Positions 38,769 to 47,975 of a stretch of DNA of 64,000 bases are shown here, one piece after another. The first letter of the stretch is position 1; each line of letters starts with the position of its first letter. Under the pieces are notes generated by a model that was not told the DNA's origin, did not search any database, and worked only from the letters and a program-made list of their open reading frames with translations. The stretch is from an uncultured Oscillospiraceae bacterium (GTDB lineage: Bacteria > Bacillota > Clostridia > Oscillospirales > Oscillospiraceae), in the NCBI GenBank assembly GCA_944385445.1, contig CALWXF010000007.1, positions 11,976 through 75,975 of the forward strand, read 5' to 3'. The position numbers and the translations under genes were made by a program.

Positions 38769-40226
38769 TTAATCTTTGACAACAGTATAGAACTTTTGAT
38801 AGCGGCTTTTGGGCTTCTCTGGAATGGTCATGGCCAACTGGTGGGATTCCAACAGCGGATTTACATGGTGTTGCATGGCATAGAATGTGGTTTTCAGGCC
38901 CAAAAAGTCCTGAATTTCCTGGCGAGAGCGGGGCGTTTTGCAAAAGTCCAACAGCCGATCCGTGGGATTAGCGGGGGTGGTGGGTGTTTCTGTTTGAGCG
39001 GTGACAGGCTGATTATATAGAGTGACCACAAATTCGTGGCGACGGTTTTCAAATTTGGGTTCTGGCAGTCCGTGTTCTCTCATGGCTCGGCGCATGGTGG
39101 GAATACCGGAATATCGGTTTTCTGCCTTCGTCAAGCTTTCTGTCATCACCGCAAGGGCAGGATTGCGCAGATCGGGACGGCACTTGCCCAACTGTTCTAC
39201 GCTCATCCGCCCGTATAGGCTGCCAGGGCTATGCACTTCCACACGGTCTGAGAAGAAGTCGATCTGAACAGGGGTTCCCTCGGTATAGATGCTGTAGTCT
39301 CGATGAATCAAGGCATTTAAAATGGCTTCCCGTAGAGCGTCCAAAGGATATTCGGTGTAATCGATCCGCTGACCAGTCTCTTGGCTGATGGTAGTGCGGA
39401 CCTTCATGTTGCGCATACAAAAATTGAGGGCTTCGGTGATCATGGTGGGAATGGTACCCTCAATTCGTTTGTTGTCCAAAAAGCGGGAGGAATCCTGGCT
39501 GATATCTCCAATTTCGGTACCAGGCACCACAATGGCGGTGATGCCAAGCTGGGGGAAATACCCCTGGGGATAGAGGCTGAAATTCATGACGGCGGCCAGA
39601 GTGGGAATGCCGTTTCGGGTGATATTTAACATCTCATAAGCTTGCTCCGGGGAAAACTGAGAAAAGCCGGGGCGCTCCACGCTTTTTTGGAGGAGATATT
39701 GTTGGAGCAGAGTTTGATCGAACATAGACAAATTGGCTCGTTCTACAGGGCGTTCATCGTCGTGGAGATGCTTTCGAAATGCCTCGTAGGTGTATAGCTC
39801 ATAGTCCGTCATCGTTTGATCGGAATCGCCCACCCGGATATACGCCCCTTTTGTGCGGCCTGCACCGCTGTAGTAGCAGGGGCGCTGGGAGATATCCAGG
39901 GCAGGAATCTCGGCAGAGCAAATCCACTTGCCATCCAGTTCTGCCAGAGAAAACACGGCTCGGACATGGGGTTCCATTTGAAGGCATTGGGCGGCTACTT
40001 TCTTCTGTAAATCTTGTGGGTCATATACTCCCACCACTTGATAGTCTGAGGTCTCGTCTATGCCGAAAAGAATGGTTCCACCACTGTCCTGATTGGAGAA
40101 GCTGGAGAGTGTATCGTACAAACGCTTGGGGCAGTCTACATGGGCTGCTTTTACCTCAATGGTTTGTTCTTCTGCCTTTTGTCTGCAAACTCTCTGGGCC
40201 AATTCCACTAATTCATCTGCTAACAA
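38769..40226 (-). CDS. AlbA_2 (Schlafen-like) + RecG-C/HATPase_c_4 + wHTH protein
   Basis: EEQTIEVK; SFSNQDSGGTILFGIDE; YPLDALREAILNALIHRDY; EVHSPGSL; RNPALA; TTG start 8 nt after AGGAGG; A/T-rich codons. Confidence 0.85.
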   Translation of the reverse strand: MLADELVELAQRVCRQKAEEQTIEVKAAHVDCPKRLYDTLSSFSNQDSGGTILFGIDETSDYQVVGVYDPQDLQKKVAAQCLQMEPHVRAVFSLAELDGKWICSAEIPALDISQRPCYYSGAGRTKGAYIRVGDSDQTMTDYELYTYEAFRKHLHDDERPVERANLSMFDQTLLQQYLLQKSVERPGFSQFSPEQAYEMLNITRNGIPTLAAVMNFSLYPQGYFPQLGITAIVVPGTEIGDISQDSSRFLDNKRIEGTIPTMITEALNFCMRNMKVRTTISQETGQRIDYTEYPLDALREAILNALIHRDYSIYTEGTPVQIDFFSDRVEVHSPGSLYGRMSVEQLGKCRPDLRNPALAVMTESLTKAENRYSGIPTMRRAMREHGLPEPKFENRRHEFVVTLYNQPVTAQTETPTTPANPTDRLLDFCKTPRSRQEIQDFLGLKTTFYAMQHHVNPLLESHQLAMTIPEKPKSRYQKFYTVVKD

Positions 40227-40443
40227 TGGACTCACCTCCTGTTAATAAACTAAGATTAGCAAAATATTTTTGCAAAATCAAGAGAATTAAGCAAAATCAT
40301 TTAGCTTATTTTTAAATTAAGCAAAATATTTTGTAGATTTATAAGAAATAAACAAACTGACTTTGCATTTGTAGTTCATGAAGCGGAGGCAAGTCACAAA
40401 AAGAGAGAAAAAACAGACAATATAGAATGGAAACTATATGCCC

Positions 40444-40497
40444 TGTAAAATGAAAGTAGACACTCACAAAAATGTGGGTGTCTACTTTTATTTTACA
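40444..40497 (-). terminator. Long hairpin after yfcC
   Basis: TGTAAAATGAAAGTAGACACTCACA-AAAA-TGTGGGTGTCTACTTTTATTTTACA, 25-bp stem. Confidence 0.75.
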
Positions 40498-40528
40498 GGT
40501 GCGCTGATGGATTCAGCGTGTGCTTTTT

Positions 40529-41923
40529 CTATGCCAGAGCCCCCAGAGCCAAGAACATGAGGGACAGCACCAGAAGGATGGCCAACAGCTTCCAGATGAA
40601 CTTTAAAAACGCCCCATAGGGCACATGGCCCAGGGCCAGGGCTCCCATCACCACCGCACTGGTGGGGGTGATGAGGTTGATAAGCCCCGAGGCGGTCTGA
40701 AAGGCGGTGATGACCACCTCCCGCCCCACCCCCGCAAAGTCCGCAAGAGGGGCCATAATGGGCATGGACAGGGTGGCCAGCCCTGAGGAGGAGGGGATGA
40801 GGAAGGACAGGGGCAGGTAGAGAAGGAAGGTGAGCAGGGTAAAGCTCACCGCCCCCGCCCCTCTCAGGGCCTGTTCCCCCCAGTAGAGCACTGTGGCGGT
40901 GATCTGGCCCCCGTTCATAATGACGGTGATACCCCGGGAGATGCCGATGATAAAGGCTACCCCCAGAAGGTCCGCCGCTCCGTGAATGAAGGCCCCCACT
41001 GTCTCCTCCTCCCCCAGCCCGCAGCTCACCCCCACCAGGATGGAGGCGGCCAGGAACAGGGCGGAGAGCTGGGGGAACCACCAGCCCAGGGCGGGCAGGG
41101 GCAGCCCCATGTCGTCAAAGGGGATGACGGCGTAGATCATCACCAGGAAGGTGAGGGCGAAGAGCGCCAGGGCCAGAGACTGCACCCAGGTCAGCTTGGC
41201 CCCGTCCGAATCGTGGGCGGCGAAGCGGGCGGTGTAATCGGCCCGGCGGCCGGCCATGAGGGAGGTCTCCGGGTGGGATTTGACCCGGGCGGCGTAGCGC
41301 ATGACAAAGTAGATGGACGCCGCCAGCATCACCACCAGCATGAGAAGGCGCAGCAGCATCCCGGTGCCCAGGGACACCCCGGCAAAGCCTGCGGCGATGC
41401 CGGTGGCGAAGGGGTTGACGGTGGAGGCCAGGGTGCCCACCCCGGCCCCCACCAAAATCACCGCCACAGCGGTGATGGGGTCATACCCGGCGGAGATGAA
41501 AATGGGGAGCACCAGAGGGTAAAAGGCGATGGTCTCTTCCGCCATGCCAAAGGTGGTGCCCCCCAGGGCGAACACCAGCATCAAAATGGGGATGAGCAGG
41601 GTCTCTTTGCCCCGGAGCTTGGCCACCAGGGCGGAGATGCCCCGGTCAATGGCCCCAGTTTTGCCCACAACCCCCAGAAAACCACCCACCATGAGGATAA
41701 AGGCGGCAATGTCGATGGCCTCGTACAGCCCCTCCAGGGGGGCGGTGAACACCGAGGTGATGGGCTGGCCCTGTTGGGGAATCTGCTCATAGGTGCCCGC
41801 CACCGGCTCCCCCTCCGGCCCGGTCTGGTAGCGTCCGGCGGGGATGACCCAGGTGAGAATGGTCATCACCAGCAGCAGGGAGAGGAGAATGGTGTAGGCG
41901 GTGGGCATGCGAAAGGATTTCAT
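40529..41923 (-). CDS. YfcC family transporter, probable arginine/ornithine antiporter
   Basis: RMPTAYTILL..TWVIPAG; GTTFGMAEE; ASTVNPFATG; FLIPSSSGLA; TPTS; lies in the arc cluster. Confidence 0.88.
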   Translation of the reverse strand: MKSFRMPTAYTILLSLLLVMTILTWVIPAGRYQTGPEGEPVAGTYEQIPQQGQPITSVFTAPLEGLYEAIDIAAFILMVGGFLGVVGKTGAIDRGISALVAKLRGKETLLIPILMLVFALGGTTFGMAEETIAFYPLVLPIFISAGYDPITAVAVILVGAGVGTLASTVNPFATGIAAGFAGVSLGTGMLLRLLMLVVMLAASIYFVMRYAARVKSHPETSLMAGRRADYTARFAAHDSDGAKLTWVQSLALALFALTFLVMIYAVIPFDDMGLPLPALGWWFPQLSALFLAASILVGVSCGLGEEETVGAFIHGAADLLGVAFIIGISRGITVIMNGGQITATVLYWGEQALRGAGAVSFTLLTFLLYLPLSFLIPSSSGLATLSMPIMAPLADFAGVGREVVITAFQTASGLINLITPTSAVVMGALALGHVPYGAFLKFIWKLLAILLVLSLMFLALGALA

Positions 41924-41952
41924 AGTGTACCTCCTTACGGAGAAATGAATAC

Positions 41953-42506
41953 AGGCTTGCCAGCCTGGTGGGGACGCTACCCGCTAGGGGTGACTTTCTG
42001 CTGCCAGAAAGGCACGAAAGACCACCAAAGGAGGGGCCTTCCCCTGGTGAGCCGCTGTTCCCAGCTATCGAAAGCCTGGCAGCCCAGTCCATGGGCTGCA
42101 CCGCACCAAAGGCTCCCCTGTGCAAGGGGAGCTGTCAGCCCGTAGGGCTGACTGAGGGGTTGACGGTAGGCAGCCGCAGACAATCCCTCCGAGCTGACTT
42201 CCGTCAGCCCACCTCCCTTTACACAAGGGAGGCGTTGAGTCTGGCGGTGACTGAGGCACCGCTGCTCCAGGGAAGGCCCGGAGGTGGAAAACACCTGGCC
42301 ATAGGGCCAGCTGCCATGGCGGCCTGGTGTGGTGGCAATATCAGGAGCCACAGCAAGGGTGACGGGCCGAGGATCAATTTGACGCAGTTCCAGTCTGGTA
42401 CCTCAGGGAGATTCTTAGGGGGGAACGCCCTAAGCGGGTTTTTCGTCTATTTTTGCCCGGTCAAAAATAGACCCCAGCGGAGCGTCCCCACCAGGCTGGC
42501 AAGCCT
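41953..42506. mobile_element. Family A MITE-like element, copy 4, with 26-bp perfect TIRs, AATAC duplication and a nested B doublet (42108-42233)
   Basis: AGGCTTGCCAGCCTGGTGGGGACGCT (41953-41978) / AGCGTCCCCACCAGGCTGGCAAGCCT (42481-42506); AATAC at 41948-41952 and 42507-42511. Confidence 0.75.
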
Positions 42507-42525
42507 AATACAGCCACATGGGAAC

Positions 42526-42577
42526 GGTCAATCCCTCAGTCAGCCTGGCGGCTGACAGCGCCCCCAGAGGGGAAGCC
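42526..42577 (-). repeat. Single degenerate family B2 unit
   Basis: GGTCAATCCCTCAGTCAGCCTGGCGGCTGACAGC..GGGGAAGCC. Confidence 0.8.
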
Positions 42578-42589
42578 AAGAGTGGGCCG

Positions 42590-43537
42590 TCAAGCGGTGA
42601 TCTGGGTGCCGCACTTTCCCGCCAGGGCCTCCAGCCCCCGGTCCAGGCTGGTGATGATGGCGGTCCGGCCCCGGGCGGAGCGGGCAAACTGAATGGCCGC
42701 CTTCACCTTGGGCAGCATGGAACCCTCCCCAAAGTGTCCCTGGTGGGCGTACTGCTCCAGGGTCTCCGCCTTCACCTCGCCCAGGTCCTCCTGTTGGGGG
42801 GTACCGAAGTGGAGGGCCACAGCGGGCACCTCGGTGAGAATCATCAGCACGTCCGCCTCCATCTCAATGCCCAGACGGCAGGCGGCCAGGTCCTTGTCGA
42901 TGACGGCGGCCACCCCTTCCAGGTGTCCGTCCGCCCCCTCCACCACCGGCACACCCCCGCCGCCGCAGGCGATGGTGATGGTGGTGTTCCACAGGGTTTT
43001 CATGGTTCCGATCTCCACAATGCGCTGGGGCTGGGGGGAGGGCACCACCCGGCGGTACCCCCGCTGGCCGTCTTGGCGCATGTGATAGCCACGCTCCCGG
43101 GTGAGGGCGTCCGCCTGGGCCTGGGTGTAAAAGGGCCCGATGGGCTTGGTGGGATGGGAAAAGGCGGGGTCCCGGGGGTCCACCACCACCTGTGTCACCA
43201 CCGTCACCACGGGGATGTGCTTGCCCTGAGCCCGCAGGGCGGCGGTGAGGGTCTGCTGGATGTGGTAGCCGATATAGCCCTGGCTCATGGCCCCGCACAC
43301 GTCAAAGGGCATGGGGGGCGTCACGTCACGGGCGGTCTCGCTGGCCAGCAGGATGCGCCCCACCTGGGGGCCGTTTCCGTGGACGATGGCCAGCTCATAC
43401 CCGGATACCGACAGCTGGGACAGCTGCTGGGCGGTGCGCTGGAGCACCTGGTGTTGAGACTGGGCGGTGGGGGGGAGCTGTTTGTCCTCCAGGGCGTTGC
43501 CCCCCAGGGCCACCACCACTTTGGTGGCCCCCCTCAT
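42590..43537 (-). CDS. arcC: Carbamate kinase
   Basis: VVVALGGNAL; HGNGPQVG; SQGYIGY; PTKPIGPF; VIDKD; GSMLPKV; ATGA overlap with arcB. Confidence 0.95.
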   Translation of the reverse strand: MRGATKVVVALGGNALEDKQLPPTAQSQHQVLQRTAQQLSQLSVSGYELAIVHGNGPQVGRILLASETARDVTPPMPFDVCGAMSQGYIGYHIQQTLTAALRAQGKHIPVVTVVTQVVVDPRDPAFSHPTKPIGPFYTQAQADALTRERGYHMRQDGQRGYRRVVPSPQPQRIVEIGTMKTLWNTTITIACGGGGVPVVEGADGHLEGVAAVIDKDLAACRLGIEMEADVLMILTEVPAVALHFGTPQQEDLGEVKAETLEQYAHQGHFGEGSMLPKVKAAIQFARSARGRTAIITSLDRGLEALAGKCGTQITA

Positions 43538-44526
43538 AGGGTGGCCACCAGGATGGCCTTGATGGCGTGCATCCGGTTCTCCGCCTCGTCGAAGACCACC
43601 GAGTGACGGGAGCGGAACACCTCGTCGGTGACCTCCCGGATGTCCACTCCCTTGTCCATCCACTCACGGGCCAGCTTGGTCTCAAAGTCGTGGAAGGAGG
43701 GCAGGCAGTGCATGAAGATCACCTCGGGGTTCCCCGTGGCGGCCAGCATGGTGTGGTCGATGCGGTAGGGTGTGAGCAGCTTGGCCCGCTGGGGGATGAG
43801 CTCTTCCTCGCCCATGGAGGCCCAGATGTCCGAGTAGAGCACGTCCGCTCCCTTCAAAGCGTTGGGGTCGCAGGTCAGGGTGATGTTGGCCCCGGAGATG
43901 GCTCCCTCCTGCTTGCAGGCCTCCAGAATGGTCTTGTCCGCCCCGTCAATGAGCTCCTGGGGCCCGTAGCCCACAAAGTCCACCCCCATCTTGCAGCAGC
44001 CGAACATCCAGGCATAGCACATGTTGTTGCGCACGTCCCCTACAAACACCACTTTGCAGTCCTTCAGGGGCTTGTTCACATGCTCCTCCATGGTCATCAT
44101 GTCCGCAATGATCTGGGTGGGGTGGTCCAGGTCGGTCAGGCCGTTGTACACCGGCACCCCGGCGTGTTTGGCCAGGGTCTCCACAATGGCCTGGTCATAG
44201 CCCCGGTACTCGATGCCGTCAAAAAAGCGGCCCAGCACCTTGGCGGTGTCCTCCATGGACTCCTTTTTCCCCATCTGGGAAGAGCCGGGGTCCAGATAGG
44301 TGACCCGGCCCCCCTCCTCGGCCATGGCCACCTCGAAGGAGCAGCGGGTACGGGTGGAGGTCTTTTCAAAGAGCAGCACGATATGCTTGCCTTTGAGGGC
44401 CTCCCCGTGGAGCCCCATCTGCCGCTTGGCCTTCAGGGAATGGCCCAGGTCCAGCAGGTAGCGGATCTCCTGGCCGGAGAGGTCCATGAGGGTGAGAAAA
44501 GATTTGCCGTTCAGATTCACTGCCAT
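43534..44526 (-). CDS. arcB: Ornithine carbamoyltransferase (catabolic context)
   Basis: FEKTSTRTRC; NGLTDLDHPTQ; SDIWASMG; HCLP; FDEAENRMH. Confidence 0.95.
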   Translation of the reverse strand: MAVNLNGKSFLTLMDLSGQEIRYLLDLGHSLKAKRQMGLHGEALKGKHIVLLFEKTSTRTRCSFEVAMAEEGGRVTYLDPGSSQMGKKESMEDTAKVLGRFFDGIEYRGYDQAIVETLAKHAGVPVYNGLTDLDHPTQIIADMMTMEEHVNKPLKDCKVVFVGDVRNNMCYAWMFGCCKMGVDFVGYGPQELIDGADKTILEACKQEGAISGANITLTCDPNALKGADVLYSDIWASMGEEELIPQRAKLLTPYRIDHTMLAATGNPEVIFMHCLPSFHDFETKLAREWMDKGVDIREVTDEVFRSRHSVVFDEAENRMHAIKAILVATL

Positions 44527-44552
44527 AGTTGTGGTCTCCTTTGCAAAATAGA

Positions 44553-45773
44553 TTAGATGGCGCCCCGCACCAGGGGCATGGTCATACACCGGGGGCCGCC
44601 CCGGCCCCGGGACAGCTCGCTGCTGGGAATGGTGAGCACCTCAATGCCCGCCTCCTCCATGACCCGGTTGGTGACGTGGTTGCGGGAGTAGGCCACCACC
44701 CGGCCGGGGGCGAGACAGAAGGTGTTGGAGCCGTCGTTCCACTGCTCCCGGGCGGCGTCGATCACCGAGCCGCCGCCGCACTTGAGGAGGGTGACGGAGT
44801 CCAGGTTCAAATGCTCTTTCAGAATGTTCTCCAGGCTGTCCTCCTCCTCGGTGATAGACAGGTGTGCCCCCTCCTCCAGCTCCAGCACGAAGAGGCGCAG
44901 GTGGGAGGAGATGCCCGGGTGCATGGTGAATTTGTCGTGGTCCACCATGGTAAACACCGTGTCCAGGTGCATGAAGGCCCGGTTTTTGGGGATGTCAAAG
45001 GCCAGCACCTGGGTAAAGCCCACCTGGGGGGACAAAAGCCGTTTGGCCAGCTGCTCAATGGCCCAGGGCTGGGTGCGCTGGGAGATGCCGATGGCCACCA
45101 CCTGGGGGGAGAGCACCAGAATGTCCCCGCCCTCGATGGAGGCGGAGGCGGTGCGGTCGTAGTATACCGGGGTAGTTTTGTACTGGGGGTGGTGGGCAAA
45201 GATATACTTGGCAAAGAGGGTCTCCCGCCGCCGGGTGACGGTGTGCATCCGGTGGATGGTCACCCCGTTGCCGATGGCGGCGAAGGGGTCCCGGGTAAAG
45301 TACAGGTTGGGGATGGGGTCCAACACAAAGGGGTAGTCGTCGGCCAGGTAGTCGGTGAGGTTTTTCCGCCCGTACCCCCGCACCTGGGACTTGCGCAGCC
45401 CCGACATCATGGCCGATACCATGTTGTGGGTGGACATGGACAGGAAGTGGTCGGCGATCATGGCGGTGCGCTTTTCCCCCCGCACCCCCGCCTCTCCGAT
45501 ATACTCCAGCACAAACTGCTCCTTCACCTTCAGGTCCGTGAGGGACTCGCTGACCAGGTCGGTGAGGTACACCACCTCGGCCCCGTTGTTCCGCAGCAGC
45601 TGACAGAAGGCGTCGTGCTCCTCCTGGGCGATGTTCAGATAGGGGATGTCGTCGAAGAGCAGCCGCTCCATATATTCCGGCATCAGGTTTTCCAGCTCGC
45701 CCCCCGGGCGGTGGAGCAGCACCCGCTTCAGGGGCCCGATCTCGCTTTTGATTTCAATGGCCGATTGTGCCAT
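44553..45773 (-). CDS. arcA: Arginine deiminase
   Basis: SEIGPLKRVLLHRPG; LLFDDIP; NLYFTRDP; IEGGD; MHLDTV; EQWNDG; SELSRGRGGPRCM. Confidence 0.97.
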   Translation of the reverse strand: MAQSAIEIKSEIGPLKRVLLHRPGGELENLMPEYMERLLFDDIPYLNIAQEEHDAFCQLLRNNGAEVVYLTDLVSESLTDLKVKEQFVLEYIGEAGVRGEKRTAMIADHFLSMSTHNMVSAMMSGLRKSQVRGYGRKNLTDYLADDYPFVLDPIPNLYFTRDPFAAIGNGVTIHRMHTVTRRRETLFAKYIFAHHPQYKTTPVYYDRTASASIEGGDILVLSPQVVAIGISQRTQPWAIEQLAKRLLSPQVGFTQVLAFDIPKNRAFMHLDTVFTMVDHDKFTMHPGISSHLRLFVLELEEGAHLSITEEEDSLENILKEHLNLDSVTLLKCGGGSVIDAAREQWNDGSNTFCLAPGRVVAYSRNHVTNRVMEEAGIEVLTIPSSELSRGRGGPRCMTMPLVRGAI

Positions 45774-45835
45774 CCAATCCCTCCTTTTGGATTTCAATGG
45801 TATGGATACCTTTCCCCATGGGAGAAAAAATATGC

Positions 45836-45867
45836 AAAAAAGCGTGTGCCACATGTGTGGCACACGC
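45836..45867 (-). terminator. prfB terminator
   Basis: Minus strand GCGTGTGCCAC-ACAT-GTGGCACACGC-TTTTTT. Confidence 0.85.
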
Positions 45868-45874
45868 AATAGGA

Positions 45875-45997
45875 AAAGGCTCCCCTTGTTGCAAGGGGAG
45901 CTGTCAGCCGTTAGGCTGACTGAGGGGATAAAACCAGGGAGGGACAATCCCCCCGACCCGGCGTACGCCGGGCCACCTCCCTTTACACAAGGGAGGC
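45875..45997. repeat. Family B doublet (B2 plus 45875-45930, B1 minus 45943-45997)
   Basis: Starts 2 nt after the prfB stop codon. Confidence 0.9.
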
Positions 45998-45999
45998 TA

Positions 46000-47121
46000 T
46001 TATTTGGTGGCCCAGTTGCCGGTGGCGGAGGCGGTGAGGTAGGCGTTGATGAAGCCGTCCAGGTCGCCGTCCATGACGGCGTTGATGTTGGAGGTCTCAA
46101 AGGCGGTGCGGTTGTCCTTCACCAGCTGGTAGGGCATGAACACATAGGACCGAATCTGGCTGCCCCACTCGATCTTCAGCTGCACGCCCTTGATGTCGGA
46201 GATCTTGTCCAGGTGCTCCTGCTCCTTGATCTGGATGAGCTTGGAGCGCAGCATCTTCATACAGGTCTCTCGGTTTTGCAGCTGGCTTCGCTCGGTCTGG
46301 CAGGCCACCACCAGGCCGGAGGGCTTGTGGATCAGTCGCACGGCGGAGGAGGTCTTGTTGACGTGCTGGCCGCCGGCGCCGGAGGCGCGGTAGACCTGCA
46401 TCTCAATGTCCTCGGGGCGGATCTCCACTTCCACGCTGTCGTCGATCTCGGGGGTCACCTCCACGGCGGCGAAAGAGGTCTGACGGCGGGCGTTGGCGTC
46501 GAAGGGGGAGACGCGCACCAGGCGGTGCACGCCGTGCTCACTCTTCAGGTAGCCGTAGGCGTTCTCACCGTCAATGCGGATGGTGGCGGACTTGATGCCC
46601 GCCTCGTCTCCGTCCTGGTAGTCCAGAATGGAGTAGGTAAAGCCGTGGCGCTCCGCCCAGCGGGTGTACATCCGGTAGAGCATCTGAGCCCAGTCCTGGG
46701 CCTCGGTGCCGCCGGCACCGGCCTGGAGGGAGACAATGGCGGGGGAGGGGTCGTACTCCCCGGACAGGAGGGTGGCCAGACGGGCCTCCTCCATGTTGCG
46801 GATGAGGCCCTCGAAGCCCTCTTCCACCTCGGGCACCAGGGATTCGTCCTCCTCCTCGTTGCCCATCTCACACATGACCATCAGGTCGTCCCAGGTGGAC
46901 AGACGCTTGGCCTGGGCGTTGATCTTGCCCTCCAGCTGGCTGATGCGCTGCTGGATCTTCCGGGCCTTCTCCACGTTGTCCCAGAACCCGTCGGAGGCGG
47001 ACTCCGCCTGGAGCATATCCAGCTCCCGCTCAGCGGCCTCCAGGTCCAGGGCCTGCCCCAGCTCTTCCAGCTCGGGCTTGAGGTTGTTGAGTTTTACCTT
47101 GTATTCGTCAAATTGCAGCAT
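46000..47121 (-). CDS. prfB: Peptide chain release factor 2, single continuous ORF
   Basis: GAGGTEAQDW; GVHRLVRVSPFD; GAGGQHVN; WGSQIRSY; SPF anticodon motif. Confidence 0.97.
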   Translation of the reverse strand: MLQFDEYKVKLNNLKPELEELGQALDLEAAERELDMLQAESASDGFWDNVEKARKIQQRISQLEGKINAQAKRLSTWDDLMVMCEMGNEEEDESLVPEVEEGFEGLIRNMEEARLATLLSGEYDPSPAIVSLQAGAGGTEAQDWAQMLYRMYTRWAERHGFTYSILDYQDGDEAGIKSATIRIDGENAYGYLKSEHGVHRLVRVSPFDANARRQTSFAAVEVTPEIDDSVEVEIRPEDIEMQVYRASGAGGQHVNKTSSAVRLIHKPSGLVVACQTERSQLQNRETCMKMLRSKLIQIKEQEHLDKISDIKGVQLKIEWGSQIRSYVFMPYQLVKDNRTAFETSNINAVMDGDLDGFINAYLTASATGNWATK

Positions 47122-47481
47122 TCTCGTTCATCCTTTAACCGGCCCATGGCCATAATATATCCCATATATTATATAGAAAGGCTCCTGGGTTGTAAAGGGG
47201 GGAGATTCCCGTCAAAAAGATGATTTTTCACCCTCAACGCTGGCTGACAATTGGCCCGGCCTGGCCCATAAAGATCAGGTCGTCCACGTCCTGGGCGGGG
47301 GTGTCGGATTTCGGGGGTGTGGTTTGCAACAACATGGTAGATCGCTCCGTTTCTGTCAATGTCTGTGGAGGAGGGGCGGGCCAATTCCCGCCACACTCCC
47401 CCGTATACCATGTAGTATATGCAAACCAGGGTGAAAAGTTGCGTGAAATTTGGCAGAACGTGAAAATGCATCTCCCCACCC

Positions 47482-47522
47482 TTGACAAGGGCGTGGGACC
47501 CCCATATAATTAACACTGTTAA
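47482..47522 (+). promoter_or_regulatory. Consensus sigmaA promoter with adjacent palindromic operator
   Basis: TTGACA-N17-TATAAT then TTAACA-C-TGTTAA over the expected start site; likely MarR autoregulation. Confidence 0.8.
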
Positions 47523-47543
47523 CTATATGGAGGCGAAGAAACC

Positions 47544-47975
47544 ATGGAATTGGAATGGACGGATGTGATGCACTACCAGCAGCAGATGCAGCGGCTCATC
47601 CGGCTGTTACTGCCCCAGAAGCCGGGCCGGTTGACGGCCAGCGAGTGGGAGCTGCTGTCCTGGCTGTATCTGAAACCCGGCCAGAATCGGCCCATGCAGC
47701 TCAGCCAGTGCAGCGGGATGAAAAAGGAGGCGGTGAGCCGCTGCCTGAAAAGTCTATATGAAAAGGGCTATATCGCCAAGCAGCCCCAGCCCGGGGACGA
47801 GCGGGGTTACTGCATGACCCTCACAGAGTTGGGGATGGAAGAGCTGAAAAACCAGTGTGAGGCCAATCTGGACCCGTATTATGACTTGCTGCGTGAGGTA
47901 GGCCCTGACTTTGTGGCCCTGCTGGAACAGGTGGACCGGGTGGTCCGTCAGGTGGAGGAGGGGAGACAGGCATGA
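47544..47975 (+). CDS. MarR family transcriptional regulator
   Basis: LTASEWELL..VSRCLKSLYEKGYI..DERGY..LTELG. Confidence 0.9.
   Translation: MELEWTDVMHYQQQMQRLIRLLLPQKPGRLTASEWELLSWLYLKPGQNRPMQLSQCSGMKKEAVSRCLKSLYEKGYIAKQPQPGDERGYCMTLTELGMEELKNQCEANLDPYYDLLREVGPDFVALLEQVDRVVRQVEEGRQA

Noticed and set aside
40444-40497. TG...CA-ended hairpin as fused IS3-like ends
   Set aside because: No transposase remnant or duplication; position after yfcC fits a terminator
45842-45867. Palindrome upstream of arcA as an ArcR/Crp operator
   Set aside because: Spacing does not fit TGTGA-N6-TCACA; it has a U6 tail on the prfB strand, so it is a terminator
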